Of a stretch of 64,000 nt of DNA, positions 17,912 through 31,300 are shown piece after piece. Both the position numbers and the translations under genes were made by a program. This stretch comes from Candidatus Heimdallarchaeota archaeon. Lineage in GTDB: Archaea > Asgardarchaeota > Heimdallarchaeia > Heimdallarchaeales > Heimdallarchaeaceae. Location: NCBI GenBank assembly GCA_030603365.1, contig JAUVXV010000006.1:1-64000 (forward strand), written 5' to 3'. Under the pieces are notes generated by a model. That model saw nothing but the letters and a program-made list of their open reading frames with translations, had not been told where the DNA came from and did no database searches. The first letter of the stretch is position 1. Each line of letters starts with the position of its first letter.

Positions 17912-19321
17912 CTAGATGAAATCTCCAGATTCTATCTTCTGAGGTAAATAGAAGTTTGTTATATATTGAGGATCACGAGCATTTAATGCTTGTATTTCAG
18001 CCTTGAATCCGCTATCTATTTGAATTTGTAGTTGTTCCTTCCATTTTGGTTTTCGTTGAACAAATTCTTCCTCTAACATGAGTTTAGATCTGTGGATATC
18101 TTTAGAAGATAGCTTTAAGAGTGCGCTTCTTGGGATATCAAAACCACTGTCTGCTGATAAATCACTTGGAAGAAGTCCTAACCATTTGATGCTAGGAACA
18201 GCTAAATGGCTTGATTCAAAACTAAGAGCTTTACTACCTACACTATAAACCCTCATAATCTCAAAACCATATGGATCAGCATCCATTATTGCAAAAATTG
18301 GAAGATTCAAATCATCATGAATTTTCTTCAAAAATTGTCTTGTAGCTACATCAGGCTGACCTTTAGCAGTTATTAAAATACTTGGAACATAGTCATAAAA
18401 CTGATCCTCAGCCAACCTATTGAATACAGCATCCTTTTCAATTACAAGACACATTTCTGCATCAGTATCTAAGCTTTCAATGTCGTCAATATTTGGTGAG
18501 ATAGCTTTTCCTGCGCCAATTGCGCGGCAGTTAATCAAGTCACCTTTCTCCCTAAAACTCAATCTTCCTACGACAATACCTTTTGATGAAGCACTTACAT
18601 TTAGTGACGAACGAGTAACCTGCAACATTGCACTAAGATCCTCAACAAGTGAATCAGAGACTGACTGTTTTTCAAATGAATTGACATCCATATAGAAGAT
18701 ATCTCTTTTAGTACTATGAATATCTCTTGAAAGAAGATCGTGGATTAACTTCATTATAATTGTCATCTGTTCTACTGAACTTACTGAAGAAAGACTTCTG
18801 AATTGTCTCTCAATCATTTGCCTACCAATTAAAACAAGTTCCTGTTCTTCGTCAAAACCAACATTTGTTCCTCCTCTAGAAGGAATGTAAAATGAAGCAT
18901 TGGTAGGATTTTCCATAGCTTGTTGAAGAAAATTCAAAGCATATTCAACAAGAAGATTATTAGTTTCTTGAGAATCTTTTGTTTCTACATGGGTAACACC
19001 ATAAGGCATGAAAAAATCTTTCTTTTGCATTAATTCTGCTTTTAAACCCTCAATTTTATCCAATAGAACATTTCGTTTAACACTTACTTTCATTGTTTGT
19101 TTCTCTAGAGAATAACGGGAGAGTTTTTTAGTAGGTTCTAATTCATACCATTTCTTTCGACTTCTTAAAAAGAGTACATATGTTCCCCTTTTTAAGTCAA
19201 AAGTATCTCTCGCCCAATTGTACATCTCTCTTGTGAGTACATCTCGATCAAAACTTGCACTGCGTTCTGTAGCAGGTAAAACTGTTGAATTTACAAATGT
19301 GAAATTATATTGTTCTGTCAT
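17912..19321 (-). CDS. top6A: DNA topoisomerase VI subunit A (Spo11 family) with about 85-aa N-terminal extension
   Basis: STKRDIFY (catalytic Tyr), VIEKDAVF, KGQPD, DADPYG TOPRIM motifs. ATGA overlap with top6B. Confidence 0.95.
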   Translation of the reverse strand: MTEQYNFTFVNSTVLPATERSASFDRDVLTREMYNWARDTFDLKRGTYVLFLRSRKKWYELEPTKKLSRYSLEKQTMKVSVKRNVLLDKIEGLKAELMQKKDFFMPYGVTHVETKDSQETNNLLVEYALNFLQQAMENPTNASFYIPSRGGTNVGFDEEQELVLIGRQMIERQFRSLSSVSSVEQMTIIMKLIHDLLSRDIHSTKRDIFYMDVNSFEKQSVSDSLVEDLSAMLQVTRSSLNVSASSKGIVVGRLSFREKGDLINCRAIGAGKAISPNIDDIESLDTDAEMCLVIEKDAVFNRLAEDQFYDYVPSILITAKGQPDVATRQFLKKIHDDLNLPIFAIMDADPYGFEIMRVYSVGSKALSFESSHLAVPSIKWLGLLPSDLSADSGFDIPRSALLKLSSKDIHRSKLMLEEEFVQRKPKWKEQLQIQIDSGFKAEIQALNARDPQYITNFYLPQKIESGDFI

Positions 19322-22300
19322 TTTCCACTACTCCTTGATTTGCTCTTCGATGAGCCATTAGACGAAGTTGTTGACGTTTGTATCCTTTTAGACTCTGAAC
19401 CCATATCCATGAGTGTAGTTTGTTTAGTGCTCTTTGGTCTAGTAGATTTAGTAGTTGCTTTTGTAGCAGGTTTTTTTGTTGAAGTGCTAGATTTAGGTTT
19501 GGATCCAGTCGAAGGAGTCTTCTTAACTGTAGTTTTTGTTGGTGTGGTTTTTTTAGCTTTTGAAGTCTTGGTAGTTTTCAAAGGAAGTCTGTTTTTAAGA
19601 CTTTTAATCCCCATATAACTCAAATTAACTTGACTATCAAGAACTGTTGAGGGGTAGAATACAAACTCTTTGAAATTACTTATACCCAGTTGTTTTATTT
19701 GCTCTAAAATGTCTGCTTTTACATCTAGTTCCTCGATTTCCTTATCTAAGTATTGAACCAGTTTCTCTACTTTAGCTAAGGTTAAAGCTGAAGATTTTCT
19801 AGTCTCTTTTTTGGGGAAGAGTAGTTCTTGTATTGAAGTGATACCTGCAGCTCCAAGCTTTTGAATTTCTTGATTTTCAATATATGGTAAAGAAACTTTA
19901 AGAGCTGTTTCATCTTTCTGAGCTAATTTTATTGACTGATTTGTAAGAGTAGAAAGAATAGTTTTCAATTGCCTTTCAGGCACACTTATCTGACTTGACA
20001 ATTGTTTACAATTAGAAACAAATAAATCATTTATAACACTGAAGCCTTTAGAATATAAAATAAACAAACTAGTTGGATTCTCTCTAATCAAGTCAGATAG
20101 ATAGTAAAATGGTGTGTTCAATATTTTCTTTATTCTCGATAGAAGAAGTGTCTTTAGACCAGAAGTTTTCATCAGAATTTCATCTGAAACATTTAAGTGA
20201 CTGATAGTTGAATATCCAGCTCTAATTAGCTGTCTCTTAGTAGTATCATCAATAAAACTAACAATATTAATAGGATAGCAATCAGCTGTTATGATATCAG
20301 CTATGTTCACAAAACTTAGTTTCATTATCATTGTTTTAGCTGAAATATTTTGTTTATCTGAAAGTTTACTTTTAGTAAGTAGGCTACTAATATCTGCAGG
20401 TAGAAGTAAATCAAAAACTTGAGAGTATCCAAGATTATCTAGTTTTGATAGGAAAGATCGGTCATTGGTTAAGATAGAAATTGGAGCTCTGAGTACTGAT
20501 AATAATTTTTCCAGATCTGGTTCCAAACCTTGAACACCGACCTGTTCAATATAATTGTACAGGGAACCGAATGTTCTAAGGTCTCTTTTCTTTAAGTTAG
20601 TATTAATATCAGTTTCTTTTACAAAATTGGAAAGACGTCGTTGCTCGTTGGTGATTAGTTCAGCTAAAGAATCAAACCTAATTAAGGGGAGAATATCTTT
20701 ACAGATAGCTTCTGAGCCTGATTTATGCTTACAATGAGCTAATAAATCATATATTGTTGCTAGTTTATTTTTAGTAGCATAAGCAAATGCTTCTTTGTCT
20801 TCTATTAATGTGGGTAAATCATTTAGTTGTAAAGTCATGATATTCTTTAATCGCTGACACAATTGCCATTCTTTTGTGCCTTTTGACTTGGCTCTCTTGC
20901 TAAATAATAATGCTTCTTCAACAGAATAGATAGAGTTTCGTTTTAGTGTATTTAACTCACTTGTAGTAAATAGCTTTGCTGGGAATTTTATGAGATTATT
21001 CTTGAGTTCCTTAAGAAGATTAAGAGATATGTTTCTGATGTTTCTCTGTAAAGTCTTGTCAGTCACTACACTAAAGAGTGATTGTTTAGGCTCAAGTAAT
21101 AGTTCAGCTATTGATTCAAATTCTTGAGTAGCTATTTGATTAATATTCTCTATTGTTGGTTCCGATAGGAGGATAGGAGGTCTTTCTAGATATACGAACA
21201 ATTCCTTAATTTGGGTATCATATTGCTCTGGTAAACCGCTTAAGATTGATGAATATAATTTCTCATCAAAACTGTGTAGGAGAAGAAGATATTCCAATGA
21301 TAAATCTGGACACTGGAGTTTCTGATTTGCTTGATCTATATTTAGAACATTGCATAGTTCTGTGCCTTTTGAAAATATGAAATCAGAGGTTCTTTGTAAA
21401 ATATCCTTTTGTGATTTAGAAAGAGAGAGAGATTGCAAATTGGGAAATAAGAATAAAAGCTCTATGAGAGTTAAAGATTCAGTTATTTTTGGTTCTATCT
21501 TCTTAACATCTAATTTAACCAAAGTGTTTATCTTTTCTTTGAGATTTTTAGGGATAGTGTTTTTCGAACTTATCATTTCAAGAAGTTTAATATAATCTCT
21601 CAGACCGAGTTTATTAAGTTCAATTATATCAGTTGAAGATAGAATTTTGTTTGCTTTCAGTATTGGTGGTTTAAGGATATTGTCTGGAGTTAGGTTTATT
21701 ATTAGTTTCTTAACATCATTTGCTGGAATAGACAGAGAAGAAGCCAACTCTTTGTTTGTTAATCTGTACAAATCGCCTATTTCCTTGAGACCTTTGGATA
21801 TTTTCTTCCACCCTTTCAATGGGATTTTCGGTAATTTAATCAGCAAAATAGATGTAGTTAAAATCTTTTCAACTGAATTTATTACAGATTTCGAAATCCT
21901 ATAGTTATCATTTGCGATATCTAGTATCAGTTCATCAATTGTCTGATAATAGGAACTTAGCTCTTTCCTAATATTTGGGTTGAAAATCTTTATGCTAGAG
22001 ATTTTGATTCTTTTATTAATATCGCTTTTTATCTTTCCAAAGGTAAGAGTTGGTATTAGTTCTTGTATCTTGGTTTTAAGTTTGATTGGAGCAAAAGTAG
22101 GCCAATAACTACTCGGTTTGATTAAAAGATCAACAAATGTATAGATATTCTTAGAGCTTAAAATTTCTATATCAGTTGAATTGAATTTTGATGAAGCTGA
22201 AATAGGGTGTTTCAATATTTGAAGAATTTTCTGATTTTCAGAACTCAATTTGTTATACTTAATATACATTTCAAGGAGAAGTTCGTTAAACAGTGTAAGA

Positions 22301-25300
22301 TTCTTAGCTTTCAAATCTTGATTAATAGAAGAAAATTCAGCTTCATTGAATATCTGTATTATTGTGATGAAATCTTCTTTGATTTTTTCTGTTGAAGCTG
22401 AGAATGTACGTAAGAATTCTGTAATATTGTCTATTTCTTTTTGTTCAGATAAAGTCATTAACTCCTGTACTGAATAGATTCCTTTCATCAGATAGTTTTT
22501 CTCAATTTCGTAAAATGGAAGTTTTAATAATTCCTTGTAATATAGAATCGGAGTCTGTAGTATTGATCCAATTCTTCCAATAATTTTATCTATTCTGCTA
22601 TCGGATACAATCCATGGATAAACTGAATATTCTCTCAAATCTGCTAGATTGAAAACTCCTACTGATTTTAGAAAATCTTTATCTCTATCTGTTAAAAAGA
22701 ACGCATCTCTAAGGTGTGAGTCTTGTTTAGAAATGATTTTGGATTCGACATCATCTATGTTTATCGACATTATTATTTCTCTTATTTTTGTAATGCTAGT
22801 TCTTGCTTGGGTTGCAATCGTTTTTTGAGAAACAATAAGTAAATCAGCTATAGTCTTAATATCTGCCCTTTTAAGTGCTGCTTCAACTTTATTTTCTAAT
22901 TCTAGATACCTAATATTGGCTAGTAAATATGGTGCAACTCTTGAGAACATTCTTTTATCTTCAACAAATCTCTTTGAAGTAAGAAGTGAAGTATAAGAAT
23001 GAAATTCTTTTCCAATTATGTATTTCTCAGTTGTTGATAGTGGATCTTTGAACTTCAATTCTTCAATATTCTTTATTGTATCAACACCGTCAAGAATGGT
23101 TTTAACATGCTCTTTGGAGAGATTATGGAAATTTACTAGTAAGTCTGCTATTGTGTAATGTTCCTTGTTGTAAATGTAAATCAGCAATTCTTTAGAGAAT
23201 CCAGGTATTAAACTTGGACTTGAGTTCAGTTTTATAATTAACTCCTCAAAATCTTCTTCCTTTAGCTTGCTTCTTGATGTTATATGGTGTGATGGAAGAT
23301 ATAGGAGATGATCTATTGTTGTTATCCCTGCAGAAATCAATGATTCAGTGATGGCTTTTTTTAAGCCTAATTTTTCAATAGAAACACCAAATTTCTTAAT
23401 ATCATGTAGACGTTTAATCAAGTAATTAGGATTGGTTTTTTGTCTCGAAATAAGTCTCTTAATACTTGCTGACCATTTCTGTTGAGGTACTTCTAACAAA
23501 TCTGTATAGGTTAAGACATTATTTGAGAGTAGTTCATCTACTTCTTTCTTGCTTAATTTCAGAACTTTACCAATTATTGTTATAGGTGAGAGAAGCATAG
23601 AAACTAATTGAGTAAGGCTTTTCTTATCTTCCTGCGAAATTGCTAACTGATCTAGTTTTAAATTAGCTGCTTGTGTCAGAGAAACACAACCATGTTCCTT
23701 TAACAGATTCTTAACATTGTCTGAAATTTCAGTAAAGAGATCGATATCCAACCCAACTAATTTTGCGCTACTTTCTAAATCACTTAAGTCAATCTGAGTT
23801 ATTAAGGCAATTATTTTTTCCACAGTCTGACCTGTAATTTTAGATATCATTGGAGGTGGTAAGGATAAGAATTGGAAGACGTTGTGGATACCATTTTGTT
23901 TCAATTTTTGTATCTGAACTGGTGATAATCCATCAACTGAAGAAATGTTGAAATTTCTAAGTGAGTAAAGAATGGGTTTAATCTCAGAAGAAATCTTGTT
24001 ATCTGAAACTATTTGACTATCAGCAGCTATTAATTCCTCCAAGTAAAATATCTTCTTTGTTTTAAGTTTCTTTAAGAATTTACTATCAGTGATAAGTGCC
24101 ATATCTACTAGTTTAATCGCCCATGATGGAGGTTTGAGATCAATAACTTCATCATTGATTGCTCGATTAAATTTTGATATAATACTATCAGGAAAGGCTA
24201 CAATTTCTGGTTTTGATTTTGATTCAGTAAATAATAATTGAGCTGTAAGAATATTAGTTGCTTGTTTGTCTCTTAAACGATTGAAATTCTTTACATCTAG
24301 ATTTATTACATCATATAACCAAGAAACAGGTTGAAAGAAATTGAAGGTTACATTTGAAGAGACTCTCTTTTCCTTGTCTGTAAAACTAAAGAGAGGATGC
24401 TGAACAAAATCAAAAAGGAAAAGACCGGTAGTTAATCCATAGCTTCTGAATCTTTCACTCATTTCATTAGGAAGTTTAATCGCTTGATTCAAAAAGGGAC
24501 TAAATGTTTCAGACATTATTTTAGTCAGATTAAAATTCACTTGAAATTCACGAATGGTTCTATTTACTGCTGGAGATGTATTTTCCATCATCTGAACCTT
24601 TGCTGAAATTAACTCTATTACATGATGAACTCCATTATGTCTGAGAGCTATCTTTGTTTCCATATCAAAATATGGAAGAGAAAAAATACTCAAACTGAGA
24701 AAACTCACAAGTTGTTCTACAAATGATATATTGGAAATTTTCTCTATCCTCTCAAATTCTGAGAATTGTAAGAGATGTTCAGGTACAAAACCAAACAAAT
24801 CTTCAACTGTTTTCTTATCGGGATCAAAATACAAATCTCTTAGAAGATTTTTTATTGGTTCGTTCAATAACAAAGGTGTTCCTCTGTCCAAACTAAATTG
24901 ACCCTTTCTTATCTCAGAAATCTCATTGGGTATAGAACCATCAAAAACCTTCTTCAACTCAGTGTCATTTACACACAAGAAATCAATTATTCTCAAAACA
25001 CCCATCTGTGATAATTTCAACTTCGTTTCTGTTGAAATTTCTTTAATCCGGAAGATTGAAATGTTACAGTTTCCAAGAAAGTCTTTGACTACTTCATCAG
25101 AAACATTGGTAATTGTAAATGCTTGATAATAATGACTATAAACATCTTGAACATATTCTTTATCAGACTTTAGCAGGTAGTTAATTGTGGATTTCCTAAG
25201 AACGGGAAACTCTTCAATTTTAACCCCTTTTCTATTGACTTCTTTTGCTAGAGAAATTGGTTCAATCTTATCGAGATACTTTCTAACTTCCTTTTCACTA

Positions 25301-28300
25301 ATGTCTAGAATAATAGCGATAGTAGAAACATCTTCAGTGATGAAGGATAAGATATCTCCAACACCAGAGTATATTAGCTTCTGAACTTGTTGGTTAGTTA
25401 ATCCAATAAATGCTACTGATGCAAGATACAATTGCACTTCACGGAAAACATCCAGTTTCACAAGATGTGGGTGTGATTCTCTTAATTCTGCCATACGAGA
25501 ATTGAAATCTTGAATAGAATAGATTCCGAGCTTGTGGATTTTTTCTAAATAATCCTCTTCTATTGAAGGGAGTAAGGTAATAGGAATTGCTGCTTCAACT
25601 CTCTTGTCTGATAACTCGTCTAAGGAGAGAATATCAAGAGCATGAAATTCTTTGTAAATTGGATTTTGAGTAATATGAAAGAGTTCTTTTTTATCCAATA
25701 AAGCTAAATCAATTACTGAGTTTATTTCATAAAATTCTAAGCGTTTAATCTCATCAAAAGAGAAAAATCCAATAAATCTTATGGAACCAGAGAGAATTTC
25801 CTTGACTTTTTGATAATTTTTAATCGGAAGGATATCAGATATTCGTTGAGTTTCAGCAGAATAATACAGAGTTTCAATATCTATTATTCCTACATCCATT
25901 AACTTTTGGATTTGTTTTTCTGAAACTAATGAAGATTCAAGAATTTTATGAGTTTGTTCTTTTCTGAATGAAACTATTAGTTGATAATTCAAATTGTTCT
26001 GTATCTCGATGATATATCTTTTAGACAAACCAGTTATCTCTGAAATCTGTGAGATAGGTATTGAAAAGAAATCTATCAAAGTATTAACTGATGACTTACT
26101 TAATTTGAGAGCCATTTCTCGAGGTAATCCCATTGATGATATTGGTATTGCTAAGTCTTTGAGGAGAAGATTGAAGGAATCTACTTCCATGAGTTTAGCA
26201 TGGAATGGAGCTAGCCCAGAATGTTCAACTAAATCAATATCAAATACATCACCTATCTTAGTATTAGTATAATCCTCTCTCTGAATTTTCTTGATTTTAG
26301 TAAAGAATGGTGTTATTCGTAGAGGTAGCTCTAAAAGTGATCGAATTATTGTAAGATTGTAATTTTCAGCTTGATAGTGTTTATCTTTAGATAAAAGATG
26401 GGATATCACATTAGGGTCTGTTATAACATCCGACAAAGTTTTGTTTTCAAAATCCTGGACGATTTCTTTAAAGAACGAGCAATTATAAACTGATGATGGT
26501 AATTTTGAGAAGTAATGGAAAGACCTCATTTCCAGCATTTTCGAAGAGTTAGATGAAATTGATCTGTATAATAGTGGATCTGTAATTTCCTCATCAGGAA
26601 TGAATAGAAGTTGAAATACGCTTTTGATGTTATTTTGTTCCCAAACTTCAATTGAATACTCAGAGATTTCAGTAAATATTCTTAATGGAAGAGCCAATAC
26701 TTTTTGAACGGCTGATATTTTAGGCCACAATTCAGGATTCAGCTGGTAAAAGGCAGGATCACTTTCATAGAACAGTTCTTGAATCGTTTGAAATCTTTCA
26801 AATTGAAAGATTGAGTCTCTGCTTAACTGTCTTTGTTCCATCTTATCAAATAATCTTGTTTCAAAAGCAAAAATCCCTTTATCTTCATAAGCTGCTATTA
26901 TCCTTTGAGTAGTGAGTGAGGATTTTACTTCATCTATCTGTTTAGGAGGAATCTTCAGAAGTTTGTTTAGTTTCTGGGTCGATGTTAATATAAAATCTGC
27001 AATTGTAAGAATCTTATTCGCTCGAAGTAATTCAGTTTGCTCGAATGTTAGGGTTGGTAGGAAGTAACTAGGAAGTGAAAAATAACTGAGAATATCAGCT
27101 AAGTCTAAACCACGTTTAATATTCTCAATTCTCTCATCTGGAATACCAGTTCGTTCCATTAGACTTTCAGGAGAAGTAAGCATGAATCCAAGCAAAGTAA
27201 AAACACTAACTTCTTTTAAAGTATTAATTAATTCAGCATCGAGCATATCAGATATATGAGCTAGAGGAAGATTGAGAACTTGTTTGAAAGCTTCAACAGT
27301 ACTCCAAGGTAATATAGAATTATCCCATTTTACTTCAGAAGAAGAGAAATACAAATCTTCTAGAGTTAGAATATTAACCTCTTCAAGAGCTTTAACGATT
27401 TCAGGTTTGAATAAATCAAGTTCAGAGATATCAGTACCTGTATCACTAATTCGAATATTCTTTTGGAAGCTTTTTGCTTCTTCAATGTTGAAATTAAGAT
27501 AGGAAGCTATGTCTTCAGCTTGACTAACTATTAAATCGATAATCCTGGTTATACCATTATTCTGCAAGACATTTAATTGGTCAGTTGAGAGAGTTGTTAT
27601 TTGGTCTTCTTCAATTGTTTTTGTTCCTTCTTCTCCTTCAATTCGAATGGTTTTCTTGACTTTTTTCTCCCAAGCTACAAGAGTCAAAGGAGATCTTAGT
27701 AGTTTTCTAAATTTGTCAACTACATTCCAATGAACAAGAGACGCTGAAAAAATCATTGGATGTGCTAGATAGAATATTTTGTCTATTGTATCATAACCCG
27801 CAAGAATTAGAGATTCAATTTCGTGAGTAGAAAATCTTTCAGAATCTTCAAAATCAAAGGAGACTAAAGATCTGAATCTATTTCGATCCATTTTTTCAAA
27901 AAAGATTGTTCCTTGTTGTTCAAGTTGAAAATCACTTAAGAGATCAATAATTTCTTGTTCTTCTTTATCTAAAAATGATGCAAGCTCTGCGGAAGTATAT
28001 TCAAACAGCTGATGAACTGCAATAATTCCTTTTGCTCTTAAGCTTTCATAATCTGCAAGAGTTAATTTTGAAATTCTCGAAACAGGTAAATCTAATGCTC
28101 TTTGAAATTCATGAAATTCACTAATTATCAACACTTGTTTCTTAAATTCATCAGTTCCATCTATCTTACGTGTCTTTAATATTTCGTATAACTCAAGTGC
28201 TGCATTTCTCTGACTGGTATTACTCAGTTCAGATTCAATAATTGCAGGAATCAAATCTAGGAATTGTTTTATTGTAACAATATTTCTAGCCTTCAATCTT

Positions 28301-31300
28301 AGAAGAGCTTCTTTTAATTCAGGAAGTCTCTTGTGATTTTTATCAAATAAATGTGATAACTCAATAATCTCCATTTGTGACAATTTGCTTATATTTTCTA
28401 TCATTAACCAGTATCCTTCGGTAAAATGGAGTTTCTCAGAAGGATAAAGATAATATAAATCCTGTATTGTAGGATTTGTGGTTTTAAAATATTCTATTAA
28501 ATTCGGAAAAATTCCTTTGAACAAGCTTAAATCTTTGCCCAAATTCTCTTTATTCCTTTGAAATTCTGAAAATGAGATGTTCTTCTTCATTGACTTAATT
28601 TTATTTTCAGATGTTTCTAGAATTACAGCTAGTTCATCATCTGGCCAAATAATGAATCTTCCTACACAGTTTAGTCCTACTTCTCTTATTAAATGGGAAA
28701 TATCTCTTAAATGTGGATAAATAAAGATAATTGGTGAGCGTAAGAAAACAATCAGATCAAGATATTTTTTCTTATCTTCTGCATTCATGGAATATACTTC
28801 TGGAGAATTGAAAAGAAGTTCCTCAAACACATTTATACCATACTTCCTGAGAAGCTCTTGGTGTTCCAACCACTCTGGAAAAGGGGTTCCAAGAGCTCTT
28901 TTCATTCTCTCAGATTCACGCTTGTTTAATCCCATTTTCTTTAGTTCTGGAGATGAATATGCAAGAAATGCTGAAGAAGTAAATACTTGATTTTTATGGA
29001 GCTCTTTTTCTAAACCTGCAGGAATAATCTTTATGTGAGCTGTGCTATGATCGTACTCTTTCTCGCTCAAAGTTTGTTTTAATTTTCTTTTTGATTCTTC
29101 TAATAACAGAGGCAGAAGTTGTTTTAACTTTGGTTCATAAATTTGATCTGCTGAAAGATTAATCAATTTAGCTAATGTAGTAATACCTTTAGTAGCTAAA
29201 TTCTTTATTAAGGCACTTTCTTGTGTTTTCATCTCTTCATTTGAGAAAATCACAAAATCTGCAAGTTTAGAAGAGGGAGAGTCTTTATTGAGAATTTTTA
29301 GATATGTCGCATAAAGAATTCTTTCCAGCTCTTTCACTAGTATAAGATCATCAGTTGAAGCTGTTACAAAATCCTCTATTGTTCTTATTTTTCTTCTATG
29401 GAAAGCGTTCTTTGTATACCCATCTGTCCAATCAGGTTTCATTTTTGTGATATTGGTACTTCTAAAATTGGGGAATTTAGTTGATAAAGTGTTGAAAATA
29501 TCTTTAAGATGTTCAACAAGAACAACAGTAATTTCTGCCTGGTAATTTATATCATTTGGATAAATTAGCTGATACAAGAATTCTTCCACTGATACATCTG
29601 CTGAAAGAAGTTCTCTAGACTTTTGCTTCAATTCTTTGAAAGTTGGAAAGAGGTGTTGTATTTTTAGTTGAGAAATAGTAGTTAGTTTGTTTAATTCATT
29701 TATTGAACCACCAGCTCTTATAGAACCATCTGATTTTCTGTTCTTTAAAAGTAGTTGATTTATTAATTCATCTTTCTTGTTTTCAAACAGCTTTTCAGCA
29801 AATCCATATACTGAATGTAATTTATCATATTCGGTTGCAAGAAAATGATAGCTGTTTTGAATCCATCTTCTATTCAACGCATCCCTTAGAGAAAGTGTTG
29901 ATTTACCATCTTTCTTATCGAATCTTCTTTCGACTGATCTAGTTATGAAAATTCTCGAATCTAAATCAGGACTTAATCCTTCTCTATCAAGCTCGTAAAT
30001 CGTTCTTAATTTGATGTTATATACTTGAACAGCTGGTAGCTGAAGGATAGTCGCTAATTCAGGTGTAGGAGTAAGGAGAAAATCAGAAATAGATAAAATT
30101 CTTTTTGCTTTCAGAGAGTTTTGTATAGGTTTGGGGCACCATATATCTAAACCGAGCAATCTTTTACTTAAAGGCATAAACAACTTTGCTTTTTTCGGAA
30201 TTCCATGAGCTAAAGCGGAAGCTATTCTATTTTTCTCAAATCTAAAATCTGCAAGAGGGAGGTCTTCATCTTCTAAAATCTGTGTTAAGTTATCTATAAT
30301 GACTGGAGCTGATTTTACAAACCGAGAGAGACGTGCATGTTCTCTTCTCTTTCTTTTAGCTCTGCCTAAGAAAGTTTTGAGTCGTCTCCCTAATTGTAGT
30401 AATGCTAATCTAATCTCTTCTTCAATTTCAGGAACTATAGAGATATATTCTTTGCTTGTTTCAGGAAATGGAATTTTAGTACTTACTAAAGAAACTGCAA
30501 CAGCTAGAGGGTCCGACTGACGAGTAAGTCCATATTCATTCCAACGTATTGAAGAAACAACATGTGTTATAACATCATTTCCTGCTCCAAAAATAAGAGG
30601 AATACGATTAGCGTATCTGTATATTATCTTATTATCTTGAACTGTAGCACTTCGAGCTTGAGATGCTTCATTTACTCCTCCACCATATCCTAATGCAACT
30701 TCAATCACAAAAGGATGACCAGAATAAGCTTTTGCTGGTCTTGAAATTGCTTCAACGAATTGAGGAGTAAGTTCCTTTTCTAAACCTTTCCTTAATCTTC
30801 CTGCACCTAGTGGAGATAAGGATGATCCCTTGGGACTCTCAAACTGAAAGACTCTATCTCTTTTTCGTTTAACATCCTTAGCTTCTTGATAAGCCTTAAC
30901 AAAGCCTTCGTGAACAATCCTTCGAATTTCATTTGAGGTTAAATCCTTAGGATTTTTATTTGGATCTATTTCTAAGAGTTGAAAGAAATCCTCTGCGATA
31001 TCCTCAGTTACACCCATAAAATGTTCAGCAAGAAAAAGTTTGAGCTTTTTGCTTTTGTTAGCTCCTAATTCAGCTTTGAACTGAGTAATATCACATCCCC
31101 AAGGATGAATCTTAACATATTGGGGAGGTTCTGGCATATCATCTACAACGCTTTCATAAATAATCTCATCATATTCCCCTTCTTTATCTCCTGGAACTAC
31201 AATATTGAAGGTAGAATAAGGAGTGATTATCGCAAGTTGTCTGAAATACTCTTTTACGCTATTTTTTGCTAGACTCCAAGCACCGGTAAATGTAATGCTG

